31,005 nt of DNA from a virus. Taxonomy: Duplodnaviria > Caudoviricetes. How positions within the stretch are numbered: position 1 is the first letter of the stretch; every line of letters begins with the position of its first letter. Below are positions 16,893 to 24,876 of this stretch, piece after piece. The DNA lies in IMG/VR virus record IMGVR_UViG_3300033564_000222, positions 1 through 31,005 of that record; one strand, 5' to 3'. The position numbers were made by a program, and so were the translations under genes. Under the pieces are notes generated by a model. The model did no database searches, was not told the origin of the DNA, and saw only the letters and a program-made list of their open reading frames with translations.

Positions 16893-18468
16893 AAGTGTAT
16901 TCCGGCAAGAGCTTGACAAAGAGATAGCTTTATGGCTTAGAGATTATCAACTTCGCTCGTCTATTGAAGCCAGCACTGGATTTGATGAAAGCGAACTTAC
17001 GGAAGACAAAAGGCAAAAACGGTTACAATTGGCACAAAAAGACTTCTGGGCATTTGACCGGATCTATTTCCCATCAAAAATATATAGGCAAGGGTTTTCC
17101 AAGCCAGCAACATTTCATCATAGAATTGTCGAAATCATGAATCTTTCTGGCATTCATTTTATAGCCGGTCCAAGAGCTTTCGCAAAATCAGTAACAGGTC
17201 GTAAATTCCAACTATGGGAACTATTGACAAGGAAAAAGCGATTTACAGGAGCTATTTCAGAAGATTTGCCACCTGCACAGGCATACATTGCTTTTATGCT
17301 CACATTCCTTTCGCAAGGTCGCATTATGCAGGATTTTCGACCAGATATACAAATTGCTTCAAAAGACGTTTTGCAATTTTCTTGCACTCTTTTCCCTTCC
17401 GGTACTGCCGTTTATAAAGCCTTCTCAATCGATCGTTCAGTACGCGGTCAATTGGAAGGTTTGGATAGACCAGAAAGTTTAGTCGCCGATGATATTGAAA
17501 CATTAGACAGCTCTTTTACAAATGAAGCTGTAAGCAAAAGATTAGCTAAATTGCAAGAAGCTTATGAATCTTTGGATGTAAGTTCAGCGAATTTGACAGT
17601 TTTTGCGAACAATTTTGATAGAAGGTGCCTAACCAATCGACTAATTGAAGAGCAAGAAAAATTCAGCGATGAGGAATTGCAAGAAACAAGGCTAAAAGTT
17701 CACGTATTTAGAGCATGGGAAAAGGGACGTTCACTATGGCGTTCACGTTTCCCTGCAAATTCCGAAGCTGATTTACGCAGAATGTTAGGCGTTACTTCCG
17801 AATCATCATGGCAAGGCAACTATCAACAAAATCCAATGCCAGCTGATGGCGAAATTTTCAAACGAGAATATTACCAAGAGTGGAGTGAATTGCCAAAAGA
17901 TTGCAGAGGTGTCATCTATACCGACCAAAACTTGGCAAAAAAAGGAAAAGGTGACACAACTGCAATCACTGCATGCTTGTTTTCCCCAAAAACAGGCAAA
18001 TTCTATATCAATAGTGCTGTATGTCGCTCTTTCAGTAGTTCGTTAGAATTGTTCAACAACATCCTTTCGATGATGACGAGAGAAATTGTACAGGTTTGCT
18101 TTGACGGTAACGTGTCGCAAGAAAGCTACTGGAGAGATTTATTAGATGCCCATGGGGATAACAACGAGGACATCCGACTTCTAGACAATTATTCCGTCTT
18201 CAAAAGATATAAAACTGACGAGCTTTCAGCCAACTGCCAATTGCTTTATGAACAAAGCAAAATTCTATTCCCACCAGGGTTCGCAAATTCAAAAGATGGC
18301 AAACAATACCTCTCACAGCTTTTTTCTTTCAGAGGGAAAAAGGCAGGGAAAACCGATGACGCACCAGATTCGCTGATTTGCTCTATTCAAGCAATTTTTG
18401 ATAGAGGTTTTGGTCGTCGCTCTGGAACTAATGATTATAAAGTTTTCACTTTTAAGGATAAGATATGA
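16882..18468 (+). CDS. terL: Terminase large subunit (Mu gp28-like)
   Basis: Walker A variant GPRAFAKS, RG...RP.SLVADDIE Walker B, YQQNP, nuclease motifs YTD..GKGD.TAI and TDDAPDS. GAGG RBS before 16882. Confidence 0.92.
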   Translation: MDFKSVFRQELDKEIALWLRDYQLRSSIEASTGFDESELTEDKRQKRLQLAQKDFWAFDRIYFPSKIYRQGFSKPATFHHRIVEIMNLSGIHFIAGPRAFAKSVTGRKFQLWELLTRKKRFTGAISEDLPPAQAYIAFMLTFLSQGRIMQDFRPDIQIASKDVLQFSCTLFPSGTAVYKAFSIDRSVRGQLEGLDRPESLVADDIETLDSSFTNEAVSKRLAKLQEAYESLDVSSANLTVFANNFDRRCLTNRLIEEQEKFSDEELQETRLKVHVFRAWEKGRSLWRSRFPANSEADLRRMLGVTSESSWQGNYQQNPMPADGEIFKREYYQEWSELPKDCRGVIYTDQNLAKKGKGDTTAITACLFSPKTGKFYINSAVCRSFSSSLELFNNILSMMTREIVQVCFDGNVSQESYWRDLLDAHGDNNEDIRLLDNYSVFKRYKTDELSANCQLLYEQSKILFPPGFANSKDGKQYLSQLFSFRGKKAGKTDDAPDSLICSIQAIFDRGFGRRSGTNDYKVFTFKDKI

Positions 18469-18749
18469 GTTTTGAATATAAAAACACTTGCCCATTGATT
18501 AATGATGCAGCAAAAAGCATAAAAGAAGGGTTATACGACAAGCTTTCAGAAAGTTTCAGCTCTAAAACTGCTACTGCAATGTCCATTGACATTTATGATT
18601 GGATCGAAGAGTACATTGAAGATGTTAGAGAAACTAACAGCAAAATGAGAGAAGAAGCCGACAATCAAGTTTGCAATTTGGAAGATGAAAATGAGAGATT
18701 GCAAGCTATAATCAAAGAATTAGAGCAACAAATTATAGATTTATCTTAG
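18465..18749 (+). CDS. Hypothetical phage protein (coiled-coil C-terminus)
   Basis: 94 aa, ATGA overlap with terL, NTCP.I...E..R..N..MRE pattern. Confidence 0.65.
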   Translation: MSFEYKNTCPLINDAAKSIKEGLYDKLSESFSSKTATAMSIDIYDWIEEYIEDVRETNSKMREEADNQVCNLEDENERLQAIIKELEQQIIDLS

Positions 18750-18753
18750 GGTT

Positions 18754-19039
18754 TTAAAATGGCATTTATTTGGAATATTTTGAGGATGGCTTGTAATGAG
18801 TTCAAAAGATTCTTCCGATTTTGAAATTGGTCAGTCAGTTTTTCTGAAAACCGACATCGCCCAATATGAACGGATAGTAACAGGCATATATATACGCCCT
18901 GAAGGGATTACGTACACGTTAGTGAATGAAACTACAGAATCTTATCATTACAGCTTTGAAATTTCGAGCAAAATAAACTTAGGCAAAAAACTTGGCTTCA
19001 ATAATCAATAGGTGTTAAAATGGCATACATTTGGAATAT
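18754..19039 (+). repeat. 25-bp imperfect direct repeat duplicating the portal start
   Basis: TTAAAATGGCATTTATTTGGAATAT (18754..18778) vs TTAAAATGGCATACATTTGGAATAT (19015..19039), 23/25 identical. Confidence 0.85.
18796..19011 (+). CDS. Small hypothetical protein (SH3-like FxIGxxV motif)
   Basis: FEIGQSVFLKTD...RIVTGI...YTL...YSFEIS; GAGG upstream. Confidence 0.65.
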   Translation: MSSKDSSDFEIGQSVFLKTDIAQYERIVTGIYIRPEGITYTLVNETTESYHYSFEISSKINLGKKLGFNNQ

Positions 19040-20243
19040 ATTTAAAACGCGGAACTATCCAACATTCCCAGAACTTTTCGCTGCACAGGTGAAAGCTGAT
19101 AATGAAAAGGCAGAAAACCGCGATGTCCGGCAATTAATGTCCGCATTAATGCAACTGGAAGTTGTCAACGAGCGTGTAAGTGGCAATATAACAACTCGCA
19201 AAACAGCAGTCAAATCATTTGATTGGAAGATTACAGCCGATGACAAAAGCAACACACAACATGCCGAACAGTGCAGAATAGCTGAACGGCGTTTAGAGCG
19301 TGCAATCAACTCTATCTTTGACTTTAGAATCCAAGCAGCGATGTATGGGGTTTTTGCTCTCCAATGGGATTGGTCGAACCTATATTCTGACGGCAAAAAG
19401 ATGCCTTCTTTGTTTAAAAGATTTGATCCAACTGAAATAGAGAAGTATAGCGATTTTGAGGTTGCTTTTTTAGATGCAAGTTCAAGCACTTTGAAAAGAG
19501 ATTTTGTTTTATCTGTCAATGATTTGCAAAATAATTACATTTTAGAGATTAATTCCGATTTCAGAAGAGGCGGAGTTTTGCGACGCATAATTCAAACAGG
19601 CGGAATTTTACTTAATGACAACTTAAAAGAGTGGTCAAATTTCAATAAAAAGCTAAAAGGGATTGTGCAGGCGACTTATCAACGCGGAGCGACTGACGAT
19701 GAAATTACATCGGCAGAATCAGCCGTTCAATCTGTTGTGAGCAATAACTACACTATGTCGTCTGATGCCATTAGCTTTATGTTTCACTCGATGACCGACG
19801 CAAAAGGAAGCACATCTTTTGAAACTCTTGTTGCTAAAATGGAAACTGCAATTTCGATTGCAATTTTAGGTCAAGCCAACACAACCGAACTACCAACATC
19901 TGGTGGAAGTCGTGCAGCTTTACAAGTTTTGGCGAAAATGTCATCTGACATATTTTTGAGTGATAAATATGCGACTGAATTATTAGTTAATCAGCTGATC
20001 GCACAAGATTACAGGGTTAATTTTGATTCTTCGGCTGTTTACGCACCATGGCATTTTGAAATTACAATCCCAGAAGATGTTGACATGACGGAAAGAGCTG
20101 ATTTTATAGAGACTTTGAAAACCAATGCCATTCCAACTACTTCTGATGATGTTTACTCAATTTTGCGATTGAATAAGCCGGACAATACACCAGACATACT
20201 TTTTGAAAAGGCTGAAGAACCAGCAGGTCAACAATTCTTTTAG
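19020..20243 (+). CDS. Portal protein (Mu gp29/DUF935 family)
   Basis: RKTAV..DW, A.MYGV...W and ISIAILGQANTTE...GGSRAALQV motifs typical of DUF935. Confidence 0.9.
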   Translation: MAYIWNIFKTRNYPTFPELFAAQVKADNEKAENRDVRQLMSALMQLEVVNERVSGNITTRKTAVKSFDWKITADDKSNTQHAEQCRIAERRLERAINSIFDFRIQAAMYGVFALQWDWSNLYSDGKKMPSLFKRFDPTEIEKYSDFEVAFLDASSSTLKRDFVLSVNDLQNNYILEINSDFRRGGVLRRIIQTGGILLNDNLKEWSNFNKKLKGIVQATYQRGATDDEITSAESAVQSVVSNNYTMSSDAISFMFHSMTDAKGSTSFETLVAKMETAISIAILGQANTTELPTSGGSRAALQVLAKMSSDIFLSDKYATELLVNQLIAQDYRVNFDSSAVYAPWHFEITIPEDVDMTERADFIETLKTNAIPTTSDDVYSILRLNKPDNTPDILFEKAEEPAGQQFF

Positions 20244-20253
20244 GAAGTAGGGG

Positions 20254-20793
20254 ATGCTAAAATTAGAAGTTACATTAACGGAAGCTGATTTAAAAAAAGT
20301 AGCTTTAAAAGCAGTGGAATTGATTAAAAAAAGAACTGCATCCGGCAAAGACGCAAAAGGCAGTGCTTTTAAAAAATATTCCGAGCGGTGGTTCGCAAGA
20401 CCTGCGGGTGGCATTACAAGAAGCAAAATGAAATTGCTATCGAACGAGGCTAAAAGAAGCAATGATAATGTAGTTTTTTTCAAAACAAAAGCTGGCAAAT
20501 CTTGGCTGTTGATAAACGGATATAAAAAGTTCAAATCTATTGTTTATCCTGATGAATTTCAAGGTGGCACAGTGAACCTGAGAGCGACTGGCGATATGTT
20601 GGACGGCTTGGGGTACATCAATGCGGATTCAAAGGCTATGAAATTCACGTTGGGCTGGGTGGATACCGAGTTGGCTGAAAGGGCTTTCTTTAACGAAGAA
20701 AAAGGACGCTCTTTGTTGGGTTTGACTGACGATGAAATTTCAATTTTAAATGATTTCGCTGCCAATCTTGCAAACATAAGTTTTAAGCAATAA
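20254..20793 (+). CDS. Virion morphogenesis protein (Mu gpG-like)
   Basis: IKKRT.SG.D..G..FKKYS, VNLRATGDML and R.LLGLT..E motifs. Confidence 0.72.
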   Translation: MLKLEVTLTEADLKKVALKAVELIKKRTASGKDAKGSAFKKYSERWFARPAGGITRSKMKLLSNEAKRSNDNVVFFKTKAGKSWLLINGYKKFKSIVYPDEFQGGTVNLRATGDMLDGLGYINADSKAMKFTLGWVDTELAERAFFNEEKGRSLLGLTDDEISILNDFAANLANISFKQ

Positions 20794-20820
20794 AAAAGCC
20801 CGCATTTGCGGGCTTTTTTT
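20792..20820. terminator. Bidirectional intrinsic terminator
   Basis: AAAAAAGCCCGC-ATTT-GCGGGCTTTTTTT between convergent genes. Confidence 0.9.
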
Positions 20821-20986
20821 ATCTTCTCATCAAAATATAGCTGCCGTAATCCTCGACCGACCAGCCGGCTTTATCGGCTTTTTTTTTGAACACTTCAGGA
20901 TTGTCCATTTCTTTATATTCTACACGCATTTGCGTACAAATTGGTGAACATGCTTTCACCCACGAATTGAATGTATATTTTTTCAT
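20819..20986 (-). CDS. 55-aa hypothetical protein (not in ORF track)
   Basis: MKKYTFNSWVKACSPICTQMRVEY...ILMRR*, GGAG RBS, stop abuts the terminator. Confidence 0.6.
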   Translation of the reverse strand: MKKYTFNSWVKACSPICTQMRVEYKEMDNPEVFKKKADKAGWSVEDYGSYILMRR

Positions 20987-20996
20987 TTCTACTCCA

Positions 20997-21530
20997 CTAA
21001 TTGCTTATATATTTATCAGCATATTTTACCGCATTTGCAGTCAGAATAGGATACACACCTGCTTTAAACTGTTCAAGAGAGTTGTATTTATTAATTTCTA
21101 TGCCTATAAACCTTTCCAAAGAACTACGCAACACCATGCAAGATTCATAAGTGCCGTTTTTATAATAAGCAACGACTGTAACCATTTTTAAGGATGGATA
21201 ATAATAGAAATACCTTGCTGGATCAATTAAAAAGTGAGCTGCAAGAACAGTTTTGTTTGCGAAATAATCTGCATTCAAATCGTTTTCTTTTAATTGAATT
21301 GTCAAAGTTTCGTTTTCGCCGTCGTATATTACCGAATCGACGACTCCTTTTGTAAATTCGCTTTTTATATTTTCTATTAACTCTGATTCAAACTTTGCAT
21401 TTTCAGCGGATCTCTTTGCATCTTCTGCGTCGAAATCCTCTTTATTTGTTATATAAACAATTGCAAACAATAACAACACTGCAATAGGGAACGATACGGC
21501 AATTAAGCCTGTTTTTACTGATTTTTTCAT
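20997..21530 (-). CDS. Membrane-anchored periplasmic/surface protein
   Basis: Start MKKSVK at 21530 (AAGG RBS). TM GLIAVSFPIAVLLLFAIVYIT followed by a soluble domain. Confidence 0.7.
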   Translation of the reverse strand: MKKSVKTGLIAVSFPIAVLLLFAIVYITNKEDFDAEDAKRSAENAKFESELIENIKSEFTKGVVDSVIYDGENETLTIQLKENDLNADYFANKTVLAAHFLIDPARYFYYYPSLKMVTVVAYYKNGTYESCMVLRSSLERFIGIEINKYNSLEQFKAGVYPILTANAVKYADKYISN

Positions 21531-21540
21531 AGTGAACCTT

Positions 21541-21720
21541 TTAAAATAAGTGATCGAATAGTGATTCAATTGCAAATAATGTGGCAAATATTATGATGGC
21601 AAATGCCACTGATAGCCATCTTGTTTTTCGCTTTTCACGTGCCATATATTCATCCATATCGTCGTGATAGCGGCGTTTTTCTGGGCGGTTGCCCATATTG
21701 CGTAGGTCTGACCATTTCAT
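21541..21720 (-). CDS. 59-aa single-TM protein (not in ORF track)
   Basis: MKWSDLRNMGNRPEKRRY...WLSVAFAIIIFATLFAIESLFDHLF*; AAGGAG upstream. Confidence 0.62.
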   Translation of the reverse strand: MKWSDLRNMGNRPEKRRYHDDMDEYMAREKRKTRWLSVAFAIIIFATLFAIESLFDHLF

Positions 21721-21746
21721 TTCATAAACTCCTTAATTTCCACCTG

Positions 21747-21777
21747 CAAAATTATAAATTATTTTGATTTATGCAGA
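21747..21777 (-). promoter_or_regulatory. Bacteroidota-type promoter for the membrane-protein cassette
   Basis: TAATTTTG at 21747..21754 (- strand), with TCTG 19 nt upstream. Confidence 0.5.
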
Positions 21778-22107
21778 CAGTATTAGTGCTTTTTTATTAG
21801 TAAAATGTCCAAGAATCTCTTCAATGATTTCATACTCATACCTATTTTTCAAAAATATGTAATCTTCTATAATCATAATAGAATTTAGGACTGTCGCGTG
21901 GTCATAACCGCCGACGCAATGACCGACTGTTTTCAGAGGCAGGTTATACACTCTTGCGAGTATATAAGAAGCGATTTGCCTTGCGGTGAGTATTTCATGC
22001 TTTTTTGACCGGCTTAAAATGCTCTCAATAGGGATGCCTGTTTTTTGGGCAACCACTTCCAGAACTTCATCGCGTAAAGCCTCATTTAGTATATTCCGAT
22101 TATTCAT
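21769..22107 (-). CDS. Stand-alone DnaA domain IV (Bac_DnaA_C) HTH protein
   Basis: ILSRSKKHEILTARQIASYI...LKTVGHCVGGYDHATVLNSI matches the DnaA C-terminal signature. Confidence 0.85.
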   Translation of the reverse strand: MNNRNILNEALRDEVLEVVAQKTGIPIESILSRSKKHEILTARQIASYILARVYNLPLKTVGHCVGGYDHATVLNSIMIIEDYIFLKNRYEYEIIEEILGHFTNKKALILSA

Positions 22108-22333
22108 TGTTTATCCTTTTAATCTGTAATTTTAATTTGCCTTTTTCGCTTCTTCCTGCTGACAATAGGCGAATATTGTGCAGCATTTCATAATTATCGG
22201 CGATGTCGTTTATTTCAAGCCATAAGGCATGAATTGCCTCTTGCTCTGTCATCTCCTTTTGCTTTGGGGGTTTGAGATCGCCAAATATGTTCTTTAAAAA
22301 TTCTGGTGTTAAGGTACCTATTGAGTCGCTCAT
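22100..22333 (-). CDS. Hypothetical protein
   Basis: Start MSDSIG at 22333 with AAGGAG RBS and TAATG coupling. Confidence 0.6.
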   Translation of the reverse strand: MSDSIGTLTPEFLKNIFGDLKPPKQKEMTEQEAIHALWLEINDIADNYEMLHNIRLLSAGRSEKGKLKLQIKRINNE

Positions 22334-22560
22334 TATTTGCTCCTTATATTGCAATCTATTAGAATATACCCTTTAGCTTGACCTTCCAACTCCGCGAACC
22401 TGCAATGACCAGTGTTGCGGTCATTATAAGGGCAAAAAGCATTCTTGCACAACGACAAGTCTTTTAAAGCTGGATGCTCTATCATTGTAACCATGAACGT
22501 ACCTACTTCACTTGCGAAGACTGTTGTGCCATCCATGTATTCCTTGCTAACCAATTCCAT
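22333..22560 (-). CDS. Hypothetical protein (Cys-containing)
   Basis: Start MELVSK at 22560 with GGAGGAG RBS and TAATG coupling. Confidence 0.6.
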   Translation of the reverse strand: MELVSKEYMDGTTVFASEVGTFMVTMIEHPALKDLSLCKNAFCPYNDRNTGHCRFAELEGQAKGYILIDCNIRSK

Positions 22561-22727
22561 TATTTGCTCCTCCAATTAATTTGCTGTTTGCAATGAGGGC
22601 AGTCCGCTTTTTTATCTAACCGGCTTTCGCAATTTGGGCAATAGAATGTGAACCATTCATTCCCAAATATTGTTTTACCGTGACTGACCCTAACAACCTT
22701 TAATACTTTATTTTTCATTGTTTTCAT
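22560..22727 (-). CDS. 55-aa zinc-ribbon protein (not in ORF track)
   Basis: MKTMKNK...YCPNCESRLDKKADCPHCKQQINWRSK*; ATGA and TAATG overlaps with both neighbours. Confidence 0.68.
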   Translation of the reverse strand: MKTMKNKVLKVVRVSHGKTIFGNEWFTFYCPNCESRLDKKADCPHCKQQINWRSK

Positions 22728-22909
22728 CGTTTTTTATATTTTACGCATGCTGTTTTGTTACAGTTGATTTTTTGTAATTTGTTAAAAGTCCTGTTTGAAG
22801 CAGTAACACCACAGTATTGGATGTTACGACCTCCGCACCGCCAACTTTGCCGGTTTTGGCATGTCCGGCAGGTTGGAGTTTTTTCGTTTGTTTTGTCAAA
22901 TAATTCCAT
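22724..22909 (-). CDS. Small Cys-rich hypothetical protein
   Basis: TCRTC...YC...C...AC..Y pattern common in small phage proteins. Confidence 0.62.
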   Translation of the reverse strand: MELFDKTNEKTPTCRTCQNRQSWRCGGRNIQYCGVTASNRTFNKLQKINCNKTACVKYKKR

Positions 22910-22910
22910 A

Positions 22911-24212
22911 TTACCATTTTAGATAAAATACAGGTGGATATACTTTGTTGTTAAAGTTTTTTTGTCGGTTTAATCGCCTTAAAGTTTCAAAATCTGCATA
23001 CGAATCAAAGTTAGAGCTATTGAGAATTTCAAGCATTAACTCTATATTGCTTTCGACGGCATTCTCTTCAACGTAATACTCTCTTTTTTGCAACAATACA
23101 TTCGCTTTATCAAATATTGCTTGTTTTTCTTCTTTGACTTTAGATAGCAATTCTGATTTGTTTGGCGTGGTTTTTTTTGGCAGGCTTTCTGTTTCAATCA
23201 GCCTGCGGTTTGCTTTTTTATATTCTTCGTGAAGCTCCAGTATTTGCTTTTCGACATCTGGGCTGTAACGATAGTTAAACATGATTTCAGAACTTTTATT
23301 CCAGTCATTATTCCGCATTGTCGTGTTATGATCGGAAAGTCGCAGAACATAAATATCATCGCTTAAATGGCTGTCTGGCAATTGTTTTTTTATTTTTAGG
23401 TAAGTAGATATTGAACTACCAGATTTTGACTTCACAACGTCAAATTTTGCACCGATTTTTTCTATCGCTTTTATAAGATTTTTATTGTTCGTTATTTTGT
23501 CAATAATTGCATTTAGCAAGTCTTTTTCTTCCACAGGTGCCACCTCTTTTTTAGAATCAACAGAATCAACAACTGGTTCCCAATGATGGCGGCAGTTATA
23601 GCCACCCATATATGCTTCAACTGGTTCGCGTTGTCCGTTACGCATTTTCCGTATTTCAGATATTGAAAAAACCTTGCCAACATTTCGTTTGCAGAGGTCA
23701 TGCTCTGTCCCTGATGTTGGACCTGCATATTTGAAATTTTCAACACCTGCGGACAATGCCTGTTGAATTGTGTTTAGTCTGTTGAACCCTTTTTTTGCAG
23801 TTCTGACAATCGTATTTGCTCTAAATTCGCCAAGATTAAATTTTTTGCTAAGGCTTTTTGAAAGTTCGCTGGCAGATTTGCCATCTTTTAAACCCTCTTC
23901 AACAGTTTTAATTGCTTCTTCTGGGCTATTTTTCCAAACTGCAACCAAATCTTTGTCGGCTTCTTTTAAAACTTTTGTTGCAATTTGCCTTGCTTCTGGC
24001 TTCGCAGTAGCTCCGAATAAAAACTCTTTGTATCGCTTCATTTCGGCTTCAATATCAGCAAAATTCCGCTTTTTATCGGTTTCAAATGCTTTTTTTGAAC
24101 TTTTCAAATAAGCAGTCAAACTTTCGGATATTTCTGCTTGTGATTTACCTGCGTTTATGCCTGCTTTGACAATGTCGCGAGCTTTCTTTTTTATCAATGT
24201 TATTTTTGCCAT
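22911..24212 (-). CDS. MuF (gp30-like head morphogenesis / minor capsid) protein with C-terminal extension
   Basis: RA.TIVRT, FKYAGP...LC...VGKVF and GGYNCRHHW motifs, followed by about 215 extra residues. Confidence 0.8.
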   Translation of the reverse strand: MAKITLIKKKARDIVKAGINAGKSQAEISESLTAYLKSSKKAFETDKKRNFADIEAEMKRYKEFLFGATAKPEARQIATKVLKEADKDLVAVWKNSPEEAIKTVEEGLKDGKSASELSKSLSKKFNLGEFRANTIVRTAKKGFNRLNTIQQALSAGVENFKYAGPTSGTEHDLCKRNVGKVFSISEIRKMRNGQREPVEAYMGGYNCRHHWEPVVDSVDSKKEVAPVEEKDLLNAIIDKITNNKNLIKAIEKIGAKFDVVKSKSGSSISTYLKIKKQLPDSHLSDDIYVLRLSDHNTTMRNNDWNKSSEIMFNYRYSPDVEKQILELHEEYKKANRRLIETESLPKKTTPNKSELLSKVKEEKQAIFDKANVLLQKREYYVEENAVESNIELMLEILNSSNFDSYADFETLRRLNRQKNFNNKVYPPVFYLKW

Positions 24213-24466
24213 AATTCTATCTGCCTGTAGTTATGTCGATTTTCAATGGTTTTGAAATATTGATTTTGTAGTGCCGGAATTAACTCTTCAGCTTCTTCAA
24301 TTGGCACATGCTTTTTGCCCTGTCTAATGCTGACTAACTTTTGGACTGCCCAAAACTGTGTAAAACACTCTTGGCATTCTAAAAGCCGCTTTTCTGTTTC
24401 CACATCTCGCCGATTAGGCGAATGGTAAACTCTTATGTCGTCAGATTGGCAGACAGGGCATAGCAT
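24200..24466 (-). CDS. Ogr/Delta-like (NrdR-N-like) zinc-finger transcription regulator
   Basis: MLCPVCQS...RVYHS...KRLLECQECFTQF. Confidence 0.68.
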   Translation of the reverse strand: MLCPVCQSDDIRVYHSPNRRDVETEKRLLECQECFTQFWAVQKLVSIRQGKKHVPIEEAEELIPALQNQYFKTIENRHNYRQIELWQK

Positions 24467-24876
24467 TAGTTCAACTCTTCTAAAGTTATTATCATTTCAG
24501 CTATTTTCACGGCATCAATTAAGTAGGTTTGACCATTAATTTCAACTATTACATAATGTTCGTATGACATTACATTGTTTAGCATCACTCTTTCTTTCAC
24601 GGAATAAAGCGAAACTGTATGGTTTTTAATTGTAGTAGTCCAGTAGTGGTTTTTATTCCAAAATTGCGACGGGGGCACGTCTAATTTTTTGCAAAAATGC
24701 TCAATAAAATCAATAGGCGATTTTTGCTCTTCTATTTGCGATTTAACAGACTCAAATATTTCAACTCCGCTTTTTGAAGTGCTGTTTTTTTGAGTTGGTT
24801 GAGCTTTCTTTTTTTCAACCGTCAATAATTTGGCATTGTTGACTTTAATGGCTGGTTTTACAACAGCTTTTTCCAT
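24466..24876 (-). CDS. Hypothetical protein
   Basis: 136 aa, translationally coupled within the early operon. Confidence 0.65.
   Translation of the reverse strand: MEKAVVKPAIKVNNAKLLTVEKKKAQPTQKNSTSKSGVEIFESVKSQIEEQKSPIDFIEHFCKKLDVPPSQFWNKNHYWTTTIKNHTVSLYSVKERVMLNNVMSYEHYVIVEINGQTYLIDAVKIAEMIITLEELN

Noticed and set aside
21577-21587. TAATGTGGCAA identical to 429..439
   Set aside because: A single 11-bp match inside a coding TM segment, plausible by chance.
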